Below, piece after piece: positions 7,832 through 15,945 of a DNA stretch of 15,945 nucleotides. The notes under the pieces are model-generated. The model was not told where the DNA came from. It worked only from the letters and a program-made list of their open reading frames with translations, and made no database searches. Position numbers and translations under genes: made by a program. Source of the DNA: an uncultured Deinococcales bacterium (GTDB lineage Bacteria; Deinococcota; Deinococci; Deinococcales; JAAFIG01); contig CAXTKV010000121.1 in assembly GCA_964244895.1 (NCBI GenBank), positions 1 to 15,945 of the forward strand, read 5' to 3'. Within the stretch, counting starts at the first letter, position 1; every line of letters begins with the position of its first letter.

Positions 7832-8359
7832 CTATCTGAGTTTGATGGGCAATCCCGAGACGATCAGAAACGCCTCGGTCGCGGCCCGCGCGACCATCTG
7901 ATTGGCGCGACCCAGCGCATCCCGGAAGGCGCGCCCGAGCGGGTATTCGGGCACGATGCCGGAACCGACTTCGTTGCTGACGACGATCAGGGCGCGATCT
8001 CGAGACTGCTGGATGTTCAGGAGCGCAGCCACCCGTTCGAGAATCGCGTCTTCCTCGAGCGCTTCGTGGTCGGCATCACCGAGCATCAAATTCGAGACGA
8101 GGATCGAGAGGCAGTCCAGCACGACCGCACCGGATGCACCCTTAAGGGCGGCGGGAACATCGTGCGGTTCCTCGAGCGTGATCCAGTCGGCGGGGCGCTC
8201 CAGCTTGTGCCGCCTGATGCGGTCGCGCATTTCGGCGTCGAAGGCTTGCGCGGTAGCGATGAAGGTCACGGGTTGAACGAACGCGCTGGCTTTCTCGAGC
8301 GCAAACGCGGACTTGCCGGATCGCGCGCCGCCCGTGACGAAGATCAGTTCATTCGTCAT
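7832..8359 (-). CDS. cobU: Bifunctional adenosylcobinamide kinase / adenosylcobinamide-phosphate guanylyltransferase
   Basis: VTGGARSGKS.FA, FIATA...D.EM..RI..H...RP..W.T.EEP, LDCL, VSNEVG.GIVP....GR.FRD.LG.ANQ; start at MTNEL. Confidence 0.96.
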   Translation of the reverse strand: MTNELIFVTGGARSGKSAFALEKASAFVQPVTFIATAQAFDAEMRDRIRRHKLERPADWITLEEPHDVPAALKGASGAVVLDCLSILVSNLMLGDADHEALEEDAILERVAALLNIQQSRDRALIVVSNEVGSGIVPEYPLGRAFRDALGRANQMVARAATEAFLIVSGLPIKLR

Positions 8360-8684
8360 AGCGCCCATCCATCGGCGGTTCCAGCCCCGCGTGCAAGGCT
8401 CGCGCGAGATTGATCGTGCGCGGGTCATCCATGCCCGAAAACCACGCCTCTCGCAACTCGCCAGCTCGCCTGAAGTAACACGCGACCGTCGGCCCGAACT
8501 GGCACGCGCCCAGGCAACCGGATTCCGTCAGGCGCAGGTTTCCGCCCGCGCTGTAATACGTTAGTTTCTCGCGCTCCAGGCCGTTCCAGGCGGCCTGAAA
8601 CAGCAATCTGGAACCTCTGGATTCGCACTGCGGGCCGGTGCAGATCATGACGTGCGCTCGGGTTTTGAAAAAGTTGGGTTTCAT
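8349..8684 (-). CDS. Thioredoxin-like [2Fe-2S] ferredoxin
   Basis: HVMICTGPQC...GS and TESGCLGACQFGP (four Cys in Trx-like Fd spacing); ATG 8684 with SD GAAGGTG. Confidence 0.85.
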   Translation of the reverse strand: MKPNFFKTRAHVMICTGPQCESRGSRLLFQAAWNGLEREKLTYYSAGGNLRLTESGCLGACQFGPTVACYFRRAGELREAWFSGMDDPRTINLARALHAGLEPPMDGRYDE

Positions 8685-8698
8685 TTCACCTTCCAGAT

Positions 8699-8753
8699 GC
8701 ACCGTTCCAGACAGTGGTTTTTGTATCTCGAGAGCACCGTCCGGGACGGTCTT
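8699..8753. repeat. Palindromic intergenic element, family A, degenerate/nested copy
   Basis: ACCGTTCCAGAC (8701-8712) pairs 10/12 with GTCCGGGACGGT (8739-8750); an inner CTCGAGAGCACCGTCC-G-GGACGGT forms a collapsed second palindrome. Confidence 0.7.
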
Positions 8754-8804
8754 TCTTTGCACCCGCCCGCCGCGAACTCGAGCGCGTCGTGTCGGTGTTC
8801 GCGG

Positions 8805-9692
8805 CTACTTCAACTCCGGGTGCAGCGCCATCGCGATCGCTCGCAGCGCGACCGGCAGGCGCGGGCCGGGACGCACGATGGCGTCGTTGATCTCTTCAGG
8901 GAAGACCAGCACGCGCTTGTTTTTGACGGCAGCGATGCTCGCCCAGCCGGGACGCTTCAGCACGTCGTCCAGACTCACGCCGAGGATCGCGGCGGGGTTG
9001 GCGTTGACCACCAGTTCCGGGCTGATCTGCGGGAACTCCCCGAGCCCGGCGGGGATCACGTTCAGCCCGCCCGCTTTGGTCATGAGCGTACCGATGAAAC
9101 TGTTCTGGCCCGCCGCGTAGGGCGTGGGGTCGAGTTCGAAATAGGCCGTGACTTTCGGCAGGGCTCGCACGCTGGCCTCGATTTTGCCCAGTTCGGCGCG
9201 CATCCCGGAGATCAGTTTCACGGCTCGCGTCTCGCGGTTGGTGATCTTGCCGATCACGGCGATTTTCTCGAAGACCTCGTTGTAGGTCTGGGCCGTGCCG
9301 CCGTAGACGGTCAATCCAGCCTGGGTGAGCTTTTGAACCAATGGGCTCGAGGTGGATTCGTCCGCCAGCACCAGGTCGGGTTTCAGGCCGATAATCGCTT
9401 CGAGGTTCGGCTCGAAACCGGAACCGACCTTCTGTATTTTGTCCGTTTCCGCTTTCGGGTAATTGCTGTACTCATCGATCCCGACGAGTTTGCCGCCCGC
9501 GCCGATGGCGAAGAGCGTCTCCGTGTGGCTGGGCAGCATCGCCACGATGCGTCTGGGTTCATTTTGAATCGTGATTTTGCGCCCCAGGTCGTCCGTGACG
9601 CTCAACGGGTAGGTGGTCGCGGCGGCCAGGCCGGACAGCGCCAGGCTCGAGAGGGCGGTCAGGGCGATCAGGGCGGGTTTCAGACGGTTCAT
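8805..9692 (-). CDS. btuF: Cobalamin ABC transporter substrate-binding protein (BtuF-like)
   Basis: Signal peptide, then [60 protein letters not shown] before ATG 9692. Cobalamin specificity inferred from context. Confidence 0.88.
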   Translation of the reverse strand: MNRLKPALIALTALSSLALSGLAAATTYPLSVTDDLGRKITIQNEPRRIVAMLPSHTETLFAIGAGGKLVGIDEYSNYPKAETDKIQKVGSGFEPNLEAIIGLKPDLVLADESTSSPLVQKLTQAGLTVYGGTAQTYNEVFEKIAVIGKITNRETRAVKLISGMRAELGKIEASVRALPKVTAYFELDPTPYAAGQNSFIGTLMTKAGGLNVIPAGLGEFPQISPELVVNANPAAILGVSLDDVLKRPGWASIAAVKNKRVLVFPEEINDAIVRPGPRLPVALRAIAMALHPELK

Positions 9693-9732
9693 GGTTGCTC
9701 CTGAGGGCTCGAGCCTGAACGACTCGAGCGGT

Positions 9733-10440
9733 TCAATGGGTGGCGAGTACCGCGACCAGCGCGGCGATCTCGGATGTTTCGATGATTGCGCCGTACACGT
9801 CGCCAGAGATGCCGCCACCCAACCGGCGCGCGGCGAACCCGGCGACCAGCAGCGCGCCGAGAACTGCGGCAATCGCGGCGATCGGCGCGAGCAATACGGC
9901 TGGAACGGCGAATGCCAGACCGACGGGCCAGTTGCCTTCTCGGGCTCGCGCCCCCAGAGATTCCGCGCGGGCGGCAGGAAAAATGTTCATCGGCAGCAGC
10001 ACCGCGCCCCTGGCCAGCACGGGCGCAACCAGCAAACCGAGCGTGCCCGGATGGGCTTCCAGGGCGCTCCATTTGAGCAGCAGCGCGACCACACCAACCG
10101 CCAGTCCGAACGCGCCGATGTGAACGTCAGACAGAATCTCGAGCCGATGCGCTGGGCTTTTAGCGGCCAGGAGCGCATCGGCGGAATCCACCAGCCCGTC
10201 AAAGTGCAGCATCCCCGTCAGGCCCAACCAGACCGCCAGCGTCAAGGCCGCACCCACGCCCGATGGCAGCCCCGAGGTGATCCAGGCGGTCAGCACCAGC
10301 AGCAGTCCGAGCGTCCAGCCGACGGCGGGATAAAAACCGCTGGCGTAGCGGAACTCGCCGTCTTTCACCTCGTTGACGTGCGAAAAAGGCAGGGTCGTCA
10401 AGAAGGTGTGAGCCAGGTGCAGGCCGCGCAGGACGGTCAT
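9733..10440 (-). CDS. cobS: Adenosylcobinamide-GDP ribazoletransferase (cobalamin synthase)
   Basis: [50 protein letters not shown]. Confidence 0.95.
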   Translation of the reverse strand: MTVLRGLHLAHTFLTTLPFSHVNEVKDGEFRYASGFYPAVGWTLGLLLVLTAWITSGLPSGVGAALTLAVWLGLTGMLHFDGLVDSADALLAAKSPAHRLEILSDVHIGAFGLAVGVVALLLKWSALEAHPGTLGLLVAPVLARGAVLLPMNIFPAARAESLGARAREGNWPVGLAFAVPAVLLAPIAAIAAVLGALLVAGFAARRLGGGISGDVYGAIIETSEIAALVAVLATH

Positions 10441-10975
10441 CTCATCCCCCGCAGACGGGGCGCAGGTAGCCTTGGGTCATGCGAATCTGGACACGGTTGG
10501 TCTGCGCCCTGGCGCTCGGTGGTGGTCTGGCGCTCGAGATGCCGGTGGAGATCAAGCTCGGCAAGTCCTTCGCGCTCGAGACGAAAGGCGGCGCGTCCGT
10601 GGCGCACTACAGTCCTGCGAACTGGAACCTGGAATTCGCGCGGGTTAAACACGATTCGCGCTGTCCCAGAAAAGTCGTATGCGTCTGGGCGGGGGATGCC
10701 GAACTGGAGTTCGTGGCGTATCAGAACCGCGCCCAGAAACGTTTTTCCTTGCACACCAACCTCGAGCCGCGAGCGGCGCTCGCGTTGGGCTACCGCCTGA
10801 AGCTCGTCAAGCTCGAGCCGGAACGCGGGGGCGGCGCGCCGCTCGCGTACCGCGCGATGCTGGTGCTCGAGAAACCCTGAGCGCCGCCACACCTCGCGCT
10901 GGCTCATCGGCCCCGTCACGTGCTGGCTCATCGGCCATGTCACGTGCTGGTTCATCGGCTCCGTCACGTGCTGGT

Positions 10976-10979
<4 letters not shown>
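10437..10979 (-). CDS. Candidate antisense 'bridge' ORF coupled to btuD and cobS; translation unproven
   Basis: Its ATG overlaps the btuD TGA (10976-10979) and its TGA overlaps the cobS ATG (10437-10440); no recognisable family; codon-aligned antisense to 10479..10880. Confidence 0.3.
10467..10472 (+). promoter_or_regulatory. -10 box of a probable leaderless promoter, antisense to the B12 operon
   Basis: TAGCCT, then 6 nt, then ATG at 10479. Confidence 0.6.
10479..10880 (+). CDS. Small exported protein of unknown function with a DSRCPxxxxCVWAG motif
   Basis: N-terminal signal-like segment [18 protein letters not shown]; motif [16 protein letters not shown], which I recognise from widespread uncharacterised secreted proteins; own -10 box. 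Confidence 0.8.
   Translation: MRIWTRLVCALALGGGLALEMPVEIKLGKSFALETKGGASVAHYSPANWNLEFARVKHDSRCPRKVVCVWAGDAELEFVAYQNRAQKRFSLHTNLEPRAALALGYRLKLVKLEPERGGGAPLAYRAMLVLEKP

Positions 10980-10984
<5 letters not shown>
10897..10984. repeat. 24-bp tandem repeat, about 3.7 copies
   Basis: Units start at 10897, 10921, 10945 and 10969 (partial); consensus TGCTGGYTCATCGGCYMYGTCACG. Confidence 0.97.
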
Positions 10985-11728
<744 letters not shown>

Positions 11729-11747
11729 CTCGAGCGCCAACGGCGCG

Positions 11748-11806
11748 AAAACCGTCCAGGACGTATGTTATCGAGTATCGCATCCATACCGTGTAGAACG
11801 GTGTTC
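11748..11806. repeat. Palindromic intergenic element, family A, degenerate copy
   Basis: AAAACCGTCCAGGACG (11748-11763) / CGTGTAGAACGGTGTTC (11790-11806), between btuC and btuD. Confidence 0.7.
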
Positions 11807-11867
11807 CTCTGCGGCACGATCCAGCGCGCCGTCCGATGCACCTCAGCTCGAGGCCGCGCAGGACGCA

Positions 11868-12953
11868 TCACCCGCGCCTCCGCAGCAACCACAAGAAAAA
11901 CGGCCCGCCGATCAAGGTCGTGACCATCCCGACGGGCAACTCAGCCGGTCGCGTCAGGGTGCGCGCGCCCAGATCGGCCACCACCAGCAGGCTCGCGCCA
12001 GCCAGGGCTGAAGCGGGAATCAACCAGCCGTGATTCGGGCGACCCAGACGCCGCATGACGTGCGGCGCGACCAGACCCACGAAGCCGATGATGCCCGCAA
12101 AAGAAACCGCCGCCGCCGCCATCAGGCTCGAGGCGATCACCACGCCCAGTTTGACCCAGACGAGTTTCAAACCCAGCGTCCGCGCGGTGTCCTCGCCGAG
12201 TTGAAGGGCATCCAGCGCCCTGGAAAAACCCATCAGCGCCGCGAAACCGATCAGCGCGAACGGCAGCACCGCCAGCACCTCGGCCCAGCCCACCAGCGAC
12301 AGGTTGCCGAGCGTCCACGAGAAGACCGCGCGCATCCGGTCGGCGTCGCGCAACTGGATGTAGGTCGTGATCGCGGTCAGGATCGAGCCGACGATCACGC
12401 CCGCCAGGATCAGCGCGCCCGTGCCCGATTGGGACGCGCCCTGACGCGCCGCGCCCGAGAGCCAGACGGTCAGCAACACCCCAACGAGCGCACCCAGGAA
12501 CGCGAACGCCGGAACCAGGCCCGAGGCGTTCCCCCTCGAGACGATCGTGGCCGCGAACGCCGCCGCCTGCGATCCCGCCGCGAAGATCGCTACCGTCGCG
12601 CCCAGGGCCGCGCCCGAAGCCACGCCCGTCAGGTACGGGTCGGCCAGCGGATTCCTGAACAAACCCTGCATGGCCGCGCCGCAGGCCGCCAGGGCCGCGC
12701 CCACCAACGCGCCGAACACCACGCGCGGCAAGCGGATGTTCCAGACGATCGCCTCGAGCCCCTCCAGGGATTGCCCCATCAGGCCGTGCCAGACGGCGCG
12801 CAGGGTCGTATCCGGATCGATCCCGAGCGTACCGTTGCCGACCGCGATCAGCATCGCCGCGACCAAGACCACTGCCGCCACGACCAGCGCCAACGCTGCC
12901 TTTGAGCCTCGAGGCCGCGACCGGATTGAACGAATCGGTGAGTCTGATGTCAC
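11868..12953 (-). CDS. btuC: Cobalamin ABC transporter permease (BtuC/FecCD family)
   Basis: IVWNIRLPRV, QGLFRNPLADPY.TGVASGAALG, LGEDTARTLG, GIIGFVGLVAPH, ELPVG.VT.LIGGPFF. GTG 12953 has SD AGGGG; the ORF-track start at 13130 lies inside the riboswitch. Confidence 0.93.
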   Translation of the reverse strand: MTSDSPIRSIRSRPRGSKAALALVVAAVVLVAAMLIAVGNGTLGIDPDTTLRAVWHGLMGQSLEGLEAIVWNIRLPRVVFGALVGAALAACGAAMQGLFRNPLADPYLTGVASGAALGATVAIFAAGSQAAAFAATIVSRGNASGLVPAFAFLGALVGVLLTVWLSGAARQGASQSGTGALILAGVIVGSILTAITTYIQLRDADRMRAVFSWTLGNLSLVGWAEVLAVLPFALIGFAALMGFSRALDALQLGEDTARTLGLKLVWVKLGVVIASSLMAAAAVSFAGIIGFVGLVAPHVMRRLGRPNHGWLIPASALAGASLLVVADLGARTLTRPAELPVGMVTTLIGGPFFLWLLRRRG

Positions 12954-12999
12954 AAAAACCCCTGCCTGCCCCTGAGTCCCGACCAAACCGACAAACGAC

Positions 13000-13025
13000 G
13001 AGTCCTCGCCAAGCGGCGAGGACTC
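13000..13025 (-). promoter_or_regulatory. Strong leader hairpin (attenuator-like) upstream of btuC
   Basis: Perfect 11-bp stem GAGTCCTCGCC-(4 nt)-GGCGAGGACTC; the minus-strand tail GTCGTTTGTCGGTTT is only weakly U-rich. Confidence 0.6.
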
Positions 13026-13047
13026 ACGAAGACGAAATCCGGTGCAT
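13024..13047 (-). CDS. Candidate 7-aa leader peptide MHRISSS
   Basis: AAGGGG-ttttc-ATG CAC CGG ATT TCG TCT TCG TGA just downstream of the riboswitch aptamer. Confidence 0.35.
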   Translation of the reverse strand: MHRISSS

Positions 13048-13097
13048 GAAAACCCCTTTCGGCGAGAGGTGCGCCCCGAGCGTGTCTCGAGGTCGCG

Positions 13098-13212
13098 GTC
13101 CCTGGCAGGCATTCGGGCTCGGGTTTTCAACCCACACCGTTGCGCTACAGCGCCGGAATCTCACCGGACTTCCCCACTTTAAGCTCGAGCCTTGCGGGTC
13201 GAGCACCAGAGC
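13098..13212 (-). ncRNA. Cobalamin riboswitch aptamer (compact form)
   Basis: Minus strand: CTCTGGTG..TTAAAGTGGGGAAGTCCGGTGAGATTCCGGCGCTGTAGCGCAACGGT..GAGCCCGAATGCCTGCCAGGG; contains the GGGAA motif, the P4 T-loop, GCAACGGT and the B12 box; upstream of btu/cob genes. Confidence 0.93.
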
Positions 13213-13218
13213 GCCGTG

Positions 13219-13248
13219 AGACTACACCCGCCCCGCAGAACGGGTCAA
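13219..13248 (-). promoter_or_regulatory. Probable promoter of the B12 operon
   Basis: TTGACC-N18-TAGTCT, ending about 7 nt before the riboswitch P1. Confidence 0.7.
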
Positions 13249-13283
13249 GGCGAAACCGATTGAGGCTCGAGAAGAAGCCATTC

Positions 13284-13330
13284 ACGCCGTCCCGAGGCTA
13301 TGTTCTGTGATGCGCCGGGTGGTGTTCTCG
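13284..13330. repeat. Palindromic intergenic element, family A, heavily degenerate
   Basis: ACGCCGTCCCG ... CGGGTGGTGTTCTCG; keeps the GGTGTTCTCG outer end. Confidence 0.45.
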
Positions 13331-13473
13331 GATGTTCTCGCCCGCGTCAATCCCGTCAGCGTACCGGCACATCCGATCGCGCTCAGGAACATCCAGTCGT
13401 CTCGAGCCCGAGTCCGTCGAGCCTCGAGCGGGCCTGAATCCATCACGCCTCGAGCGAGTCCAAGTCTGTACAT

Positions 13474-13527
13474 CTCGAGGAAACACCGTCCAGCACGCAA
13501 TTTTAGACCACGCGCTAGACGGTGTTC
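13474..13527. repeat. Palindromic intergenic element, family A
   Basis: CTCGAGGAAACACCGTCCAGCACGC / CGCGCTAGACGGTGTTC; 14/16 Watson-Crick pairs. Confidence 0.9.
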
Positions 13528-13558
13528 GTAAAGGCTGGAGCTTCAAGCGTTCAGGCAC

Positions 13559-14599
13559 TCAGACGGGCGCATCGCCGGGCTTTTTCGCATCCTGGCGGTT
13601 CTGCTCGCTGGCGCGAAGCAGCGCGGGACCACCGATGAACGGGCCGATCAGCACGTACAGGTAATACGAAATCAAGCGCCAGATGGCGATTAAAGGCAGC
13701 ACCGCCGTCTCTGGAACCTTGCTGGCGCGGAACAGTTGCCCCAAAGCGATCTCGAAGTAGCCCGACCCGCCGGGCGTGGGAATGAAGAAGCTGGCGGCCA
13801 CGACCATGGTCTGCGCCGCCAGAATCGAAACGTGATCGACCTTCAAACCCAGCCCGAAGGCGACGGCGTTGAAAGCGATGAAGTGAATCAAAAACGATGC
13901 GGCGGTCAGGACGTGCAACAGCACCTGCGACACGAGCGGCATGGTGCGAATGCCCGCCAGCGCGGTTCCGGTTTCGCGCACGAACTGGTACGCGCCGCGC
14001 CGGAAGCGCAGTAAAAAGCGCGGCGAGAACACCCACCACACGAAGCGTTCCAGCAACGAAATCCTGAAGGTCAAAGCCCAGGCGACCGTCAGCGCCAGCG
14101 CCGAGGCGAAGATGATCAGGATGCCGATAAAAGGCCCGACCACCGGGATTTCCAGATTGACGTGCCGAAGTTCCAGCACCAGGAAGCTGGCAGGCAAACT
14201 CCAGGCGTAAAAAACCAGGTCGAGCACCAGCCCGTACAGCGCAATCGCCGTGGCGCGCCGAGCATCAATGTAGCGAGACAGGTACCAGCCCAGCCCGAAG
14301 CTCGCACCGACGGCGGCGGGTGTGACGGCGGCTGAGAACAAGCTCAGCAGCATCGCCCTGGACGCCCGCCCCAGCGTGACCTGACGGCCTTCCGGCCCGG
14401 CCAGCACCTTGATTCGCAGGCCCCCCAGCAGCCACCAGGCGACCAGCAGCACCACGACCAGCACCAGACCTGCGGGTTGGACGTTGACCAGGCCAGCGAA
14501 GGCGGACAGGTCGAATTTTTTGCCAGTCAAGAGCAGAAATCCGAAGCCCAGCAAGGACAACAGGATTGAAAGAAGAACAATCTGGACGGCGTTTTTCAA
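13559..14599 (-). CDS. Lysylphosphatidylglycerol-synthase TM / UPF0104 (flippase-like) membrane protein
   Basis: Multi-TM protein with F.AAVTP...G, FIPTPGGSGYFE and IWRLISYY motifs. Confidence 0.85.
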   Translation of the reverse strand: MKNAVQIVLLSILLSLLGFGFLLLTGKKFDLSAFAGLVNVQPAGLVLVVVLLVAWWLLGGLRIKVLAGPEGRQVTLGRASRAMLLSLFSAAVTPAAVGASFGLGWYLSRYIDARRATAIALYGLVLDLVFYAWSLPASFLVLELRHVNLEIPVVGPFIGILIIFASALALTVAWALTFRISLLERFVWWVFSPRFLLRFRRGAYQFVRETGTALAGIRTMPLVSQVLLHVLTAASFLIHFIAFNAVAFGLGLKVDHVSILAAQTMVVAASFFIPTPGGSGYFEIALGQLFRASKVPETAVLPLIAIWRLISYYLYVLIGPFIGGPALLRASEQNRQDAKKPGDAPV

Positions 14600-14675
14600 G
14601 GGGTTTCCTTCGTGGGGATCTGGTTAGGGGTCGTGGCGGACGGTGTGCTTTGCGACTTCAGGTTGTGAGTCGGAT

Positions 14676-15710
14676 TCAAATCCATCGGGCATCTTTGTAC
14701 CATTGGGCGGTCGTCCTGAAGCCATCACTGAGCGCGGTCGTGGCCTTCACGCCCAAATCCCGAGCGATGGCGCTCGAATCGCAGACCCAGCCGGGCGCGC
14801 TCAGGTCGCGTTGGCGGGATGTGTTGATCAATCCGACGCGCCCGAAGACCTGCGCGGCCTCGCCGAGTCGCGCGGCGACCTCGAGCGCGGCGTTCGGCAA
14901 GAAAAATGGTCGGTACGGTCTGTCGAACAACCGGGCCAGCGTCTCGAGGATCGCGCCCCAACGCGCGGGTTGCTGATGGCCCAGGAAGTACGTCTCGCCA
15001 TTCGCCCTGGGGTTTTCTCCGGCGGTAATCATTCCGGCCACCAGGTCGGTCACGTGAACCAGCGTGTAGACGCGGTTCGGATCGCCCAGGATCGGGAATA
15101 CGCCGAGTTTGGCGGCCTGGAAGGCGAACAAAAAATCCCTGTCGCCGGGGCCGTAGACGCCCGGTGGGCGGATGATCGTGAACTCGAGCGGCAGCAGCCG
15201 AGCGGTTTCGTGGACGCGGTTTTCGCCCTGGAGCTTGGAGCGTCCGTAGGGCGTGATCGGTTCTGGCGGATCGGATTCCGTGCGCGGTTTTTGGGGGGTT
15301 CCCGTGCCCGCCGCCGCCAACGACGAGACGTACACGAGCTTCGCCCCCGCCTGCGCCGAACCGAGTGCGGCGGCGCGCGTACCTTCGGCGTTGGCCCACA
15401 TGAATTCAGCGCTCGCGGCAGCCCGCGTCAGACCCGCCAGGTGGAACACGAGGCGCGCACCATCGGCGGCCCTGGCCACGCCGTCCGGCGTCAGGTCACC
15501 GCGCACGACCTCCACGGAGCCGGGTTCGTTCGGCGCTCGCGGCGCGACCCAAGGCCAACGCACGCCCTGGGCGGGTCTGGGGCTCGCGCTGGCGGGTCGT
15601 TGCAGGGTGCGCACGGCGTAACCGCGTTCCAGCAAGGCCCGCACCACGTGCCGACCGATGAAACCGCTCGAACCGGTGACGAGTGCGATGGGTGCGTGTG
15701 CGTCGGTCAT
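14676..15710 (-). CDS. NAD-dependent epimerase/dehydratase (extended SDR)
   Basis: LVTGSSGFIG, VFHLAG, VYVSSLAA, YGRSK, IRPPGVYGPGD. Confidence 0.93.
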   Translation of the reverse strand: MTDAHAPIALVTGSSGFIGRHVVRALLERGYAVRTLQRPASASPRPAQGVRWPWVAPRAPNEPGSVEVVRGDLTPDGVARAADGARLVFHLAGLTRAAASAEFMWANAEGTRAAALGSAQAGAKLVYVSSLAAAGTGTPQKPRTESDPPEPITPYGRSKLQGENRVHETARLLPLEFTIIRPPGVYGPGDRDFLFAFQAAKLGVFPILGDPNRVYTLVHVTDLVAGMITAGENPRANGETYFLGHQQPARWGAILETLARLFDRPYRPFFLPNAALEVAARLGEAAQVFGRVGLINTSRQRDLSAPGWVCDSSAIARDLGVKATTALSDGFRTTAQWYKDARWI

Positions 15711-15851
15711 AAAGGCCGGAGGTCGACTCCGGGCGTTTCATGTTACAACGCCACCGCAGCCCGATTGGGGCAGATCCTGAAGGCGGCGACAGTCTTCACC
15801 GCGCGAGAAAGCGGAATCGAGATTCTGGTCGCGCGTGTCAGACTACCGATC

Positions 15852-15945
15852 GTGTCGCTGATTCGCCTCGAGAAGATCAACCTGACGTTGGGTGGACGGC
15901 GCGTGCTGGACGATGTGAATTTCACTTTAGAAGCCAACCAGGTCT
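15852..15945 (+). CDS. 3'-truncated ABC transporter ATP-binding protein
   Basis: Not in the ORF track. GTG 15852 gives MSLIRLEKINLTLGGRRVLDDVNFTLEANQV, a typical ABC ATPase N-terminus ahead of Walker A; runs off the window. Confidence 0.8.
   Translation, partial: MSLIRLEKINLTLGGRRVLDDVNFTLEANQV

Noticed and set aside
13282..13558. Small ORFs 13282..13500, 13307..13531 and 13298..13558 (TATGTT lies 5 nt before ATG 13310)
   Set aside because: They start in or run through family-A repeat copies and CTCGAG clusters and have low-complexity Arg/Ser/Pro composition; cannot be fully excluded.
14582..14646. CTGGACGGCGTT and GGACGGTGT as another family-A copy
   Set aside because: Both half-sites have the same orientation, so no hairpin forms, and one lies in the coding start.
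15901..15917. GCGTGCTGGACGATGTG resembling a family-A right arm
   Set aside because: It encodes the conserved RVLDDV of the ABC ATPase N-terminus and has no partner arm.

Overview
GC-rich (roughly 65%, estimated by eye) bacterial chromosomal segment, most likely Deinococcota, judging by the L35 sequence style, rpmI-rplT without infC, and TANNNT boxes 6 nt before start codons. Left to right: the 3' end of a membrane protein that ends at a HAMP domain; a GntR/FadR regulator with an extra C-terminal domain; a PII-like gene paired with a CPA2 antiporter; a YdeN/RBBP9 hydrolase divergent from an Lrp/AsnC regulator; a VIT1/CCC1 transporter; rpmI-rplT; a cobalamin-riboswitch-led uptake/salvage operon on the minus strand (btuC-btuD-cobS-btuF-ferredoxin-cobU-cobT) interrupted by an oppositely oriented secreted-protein gene; a UPF0104/LPG-synthase TM protein; an NAD-dependent epimerase; and the start of an ABC ATPase. 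The non-coding layer is the most unusual part: (i) about 9-10 copies of a palindromic intergenic element (arm AACACCGTCCAGCACGC, often ending in TCGAG); (ii) more than 10-fold over-representation of CTCGAG; (iii) an antisense ORF, opened by a 24-bp tandem repeat, that overlaps btuD and cobS by ATGA at both ends across the inverted gene; (iv) a 7-codon uORF with mutually exclusive hairpins between the riboswitch and btuC. All family calls come from motif recognition, not database searches.
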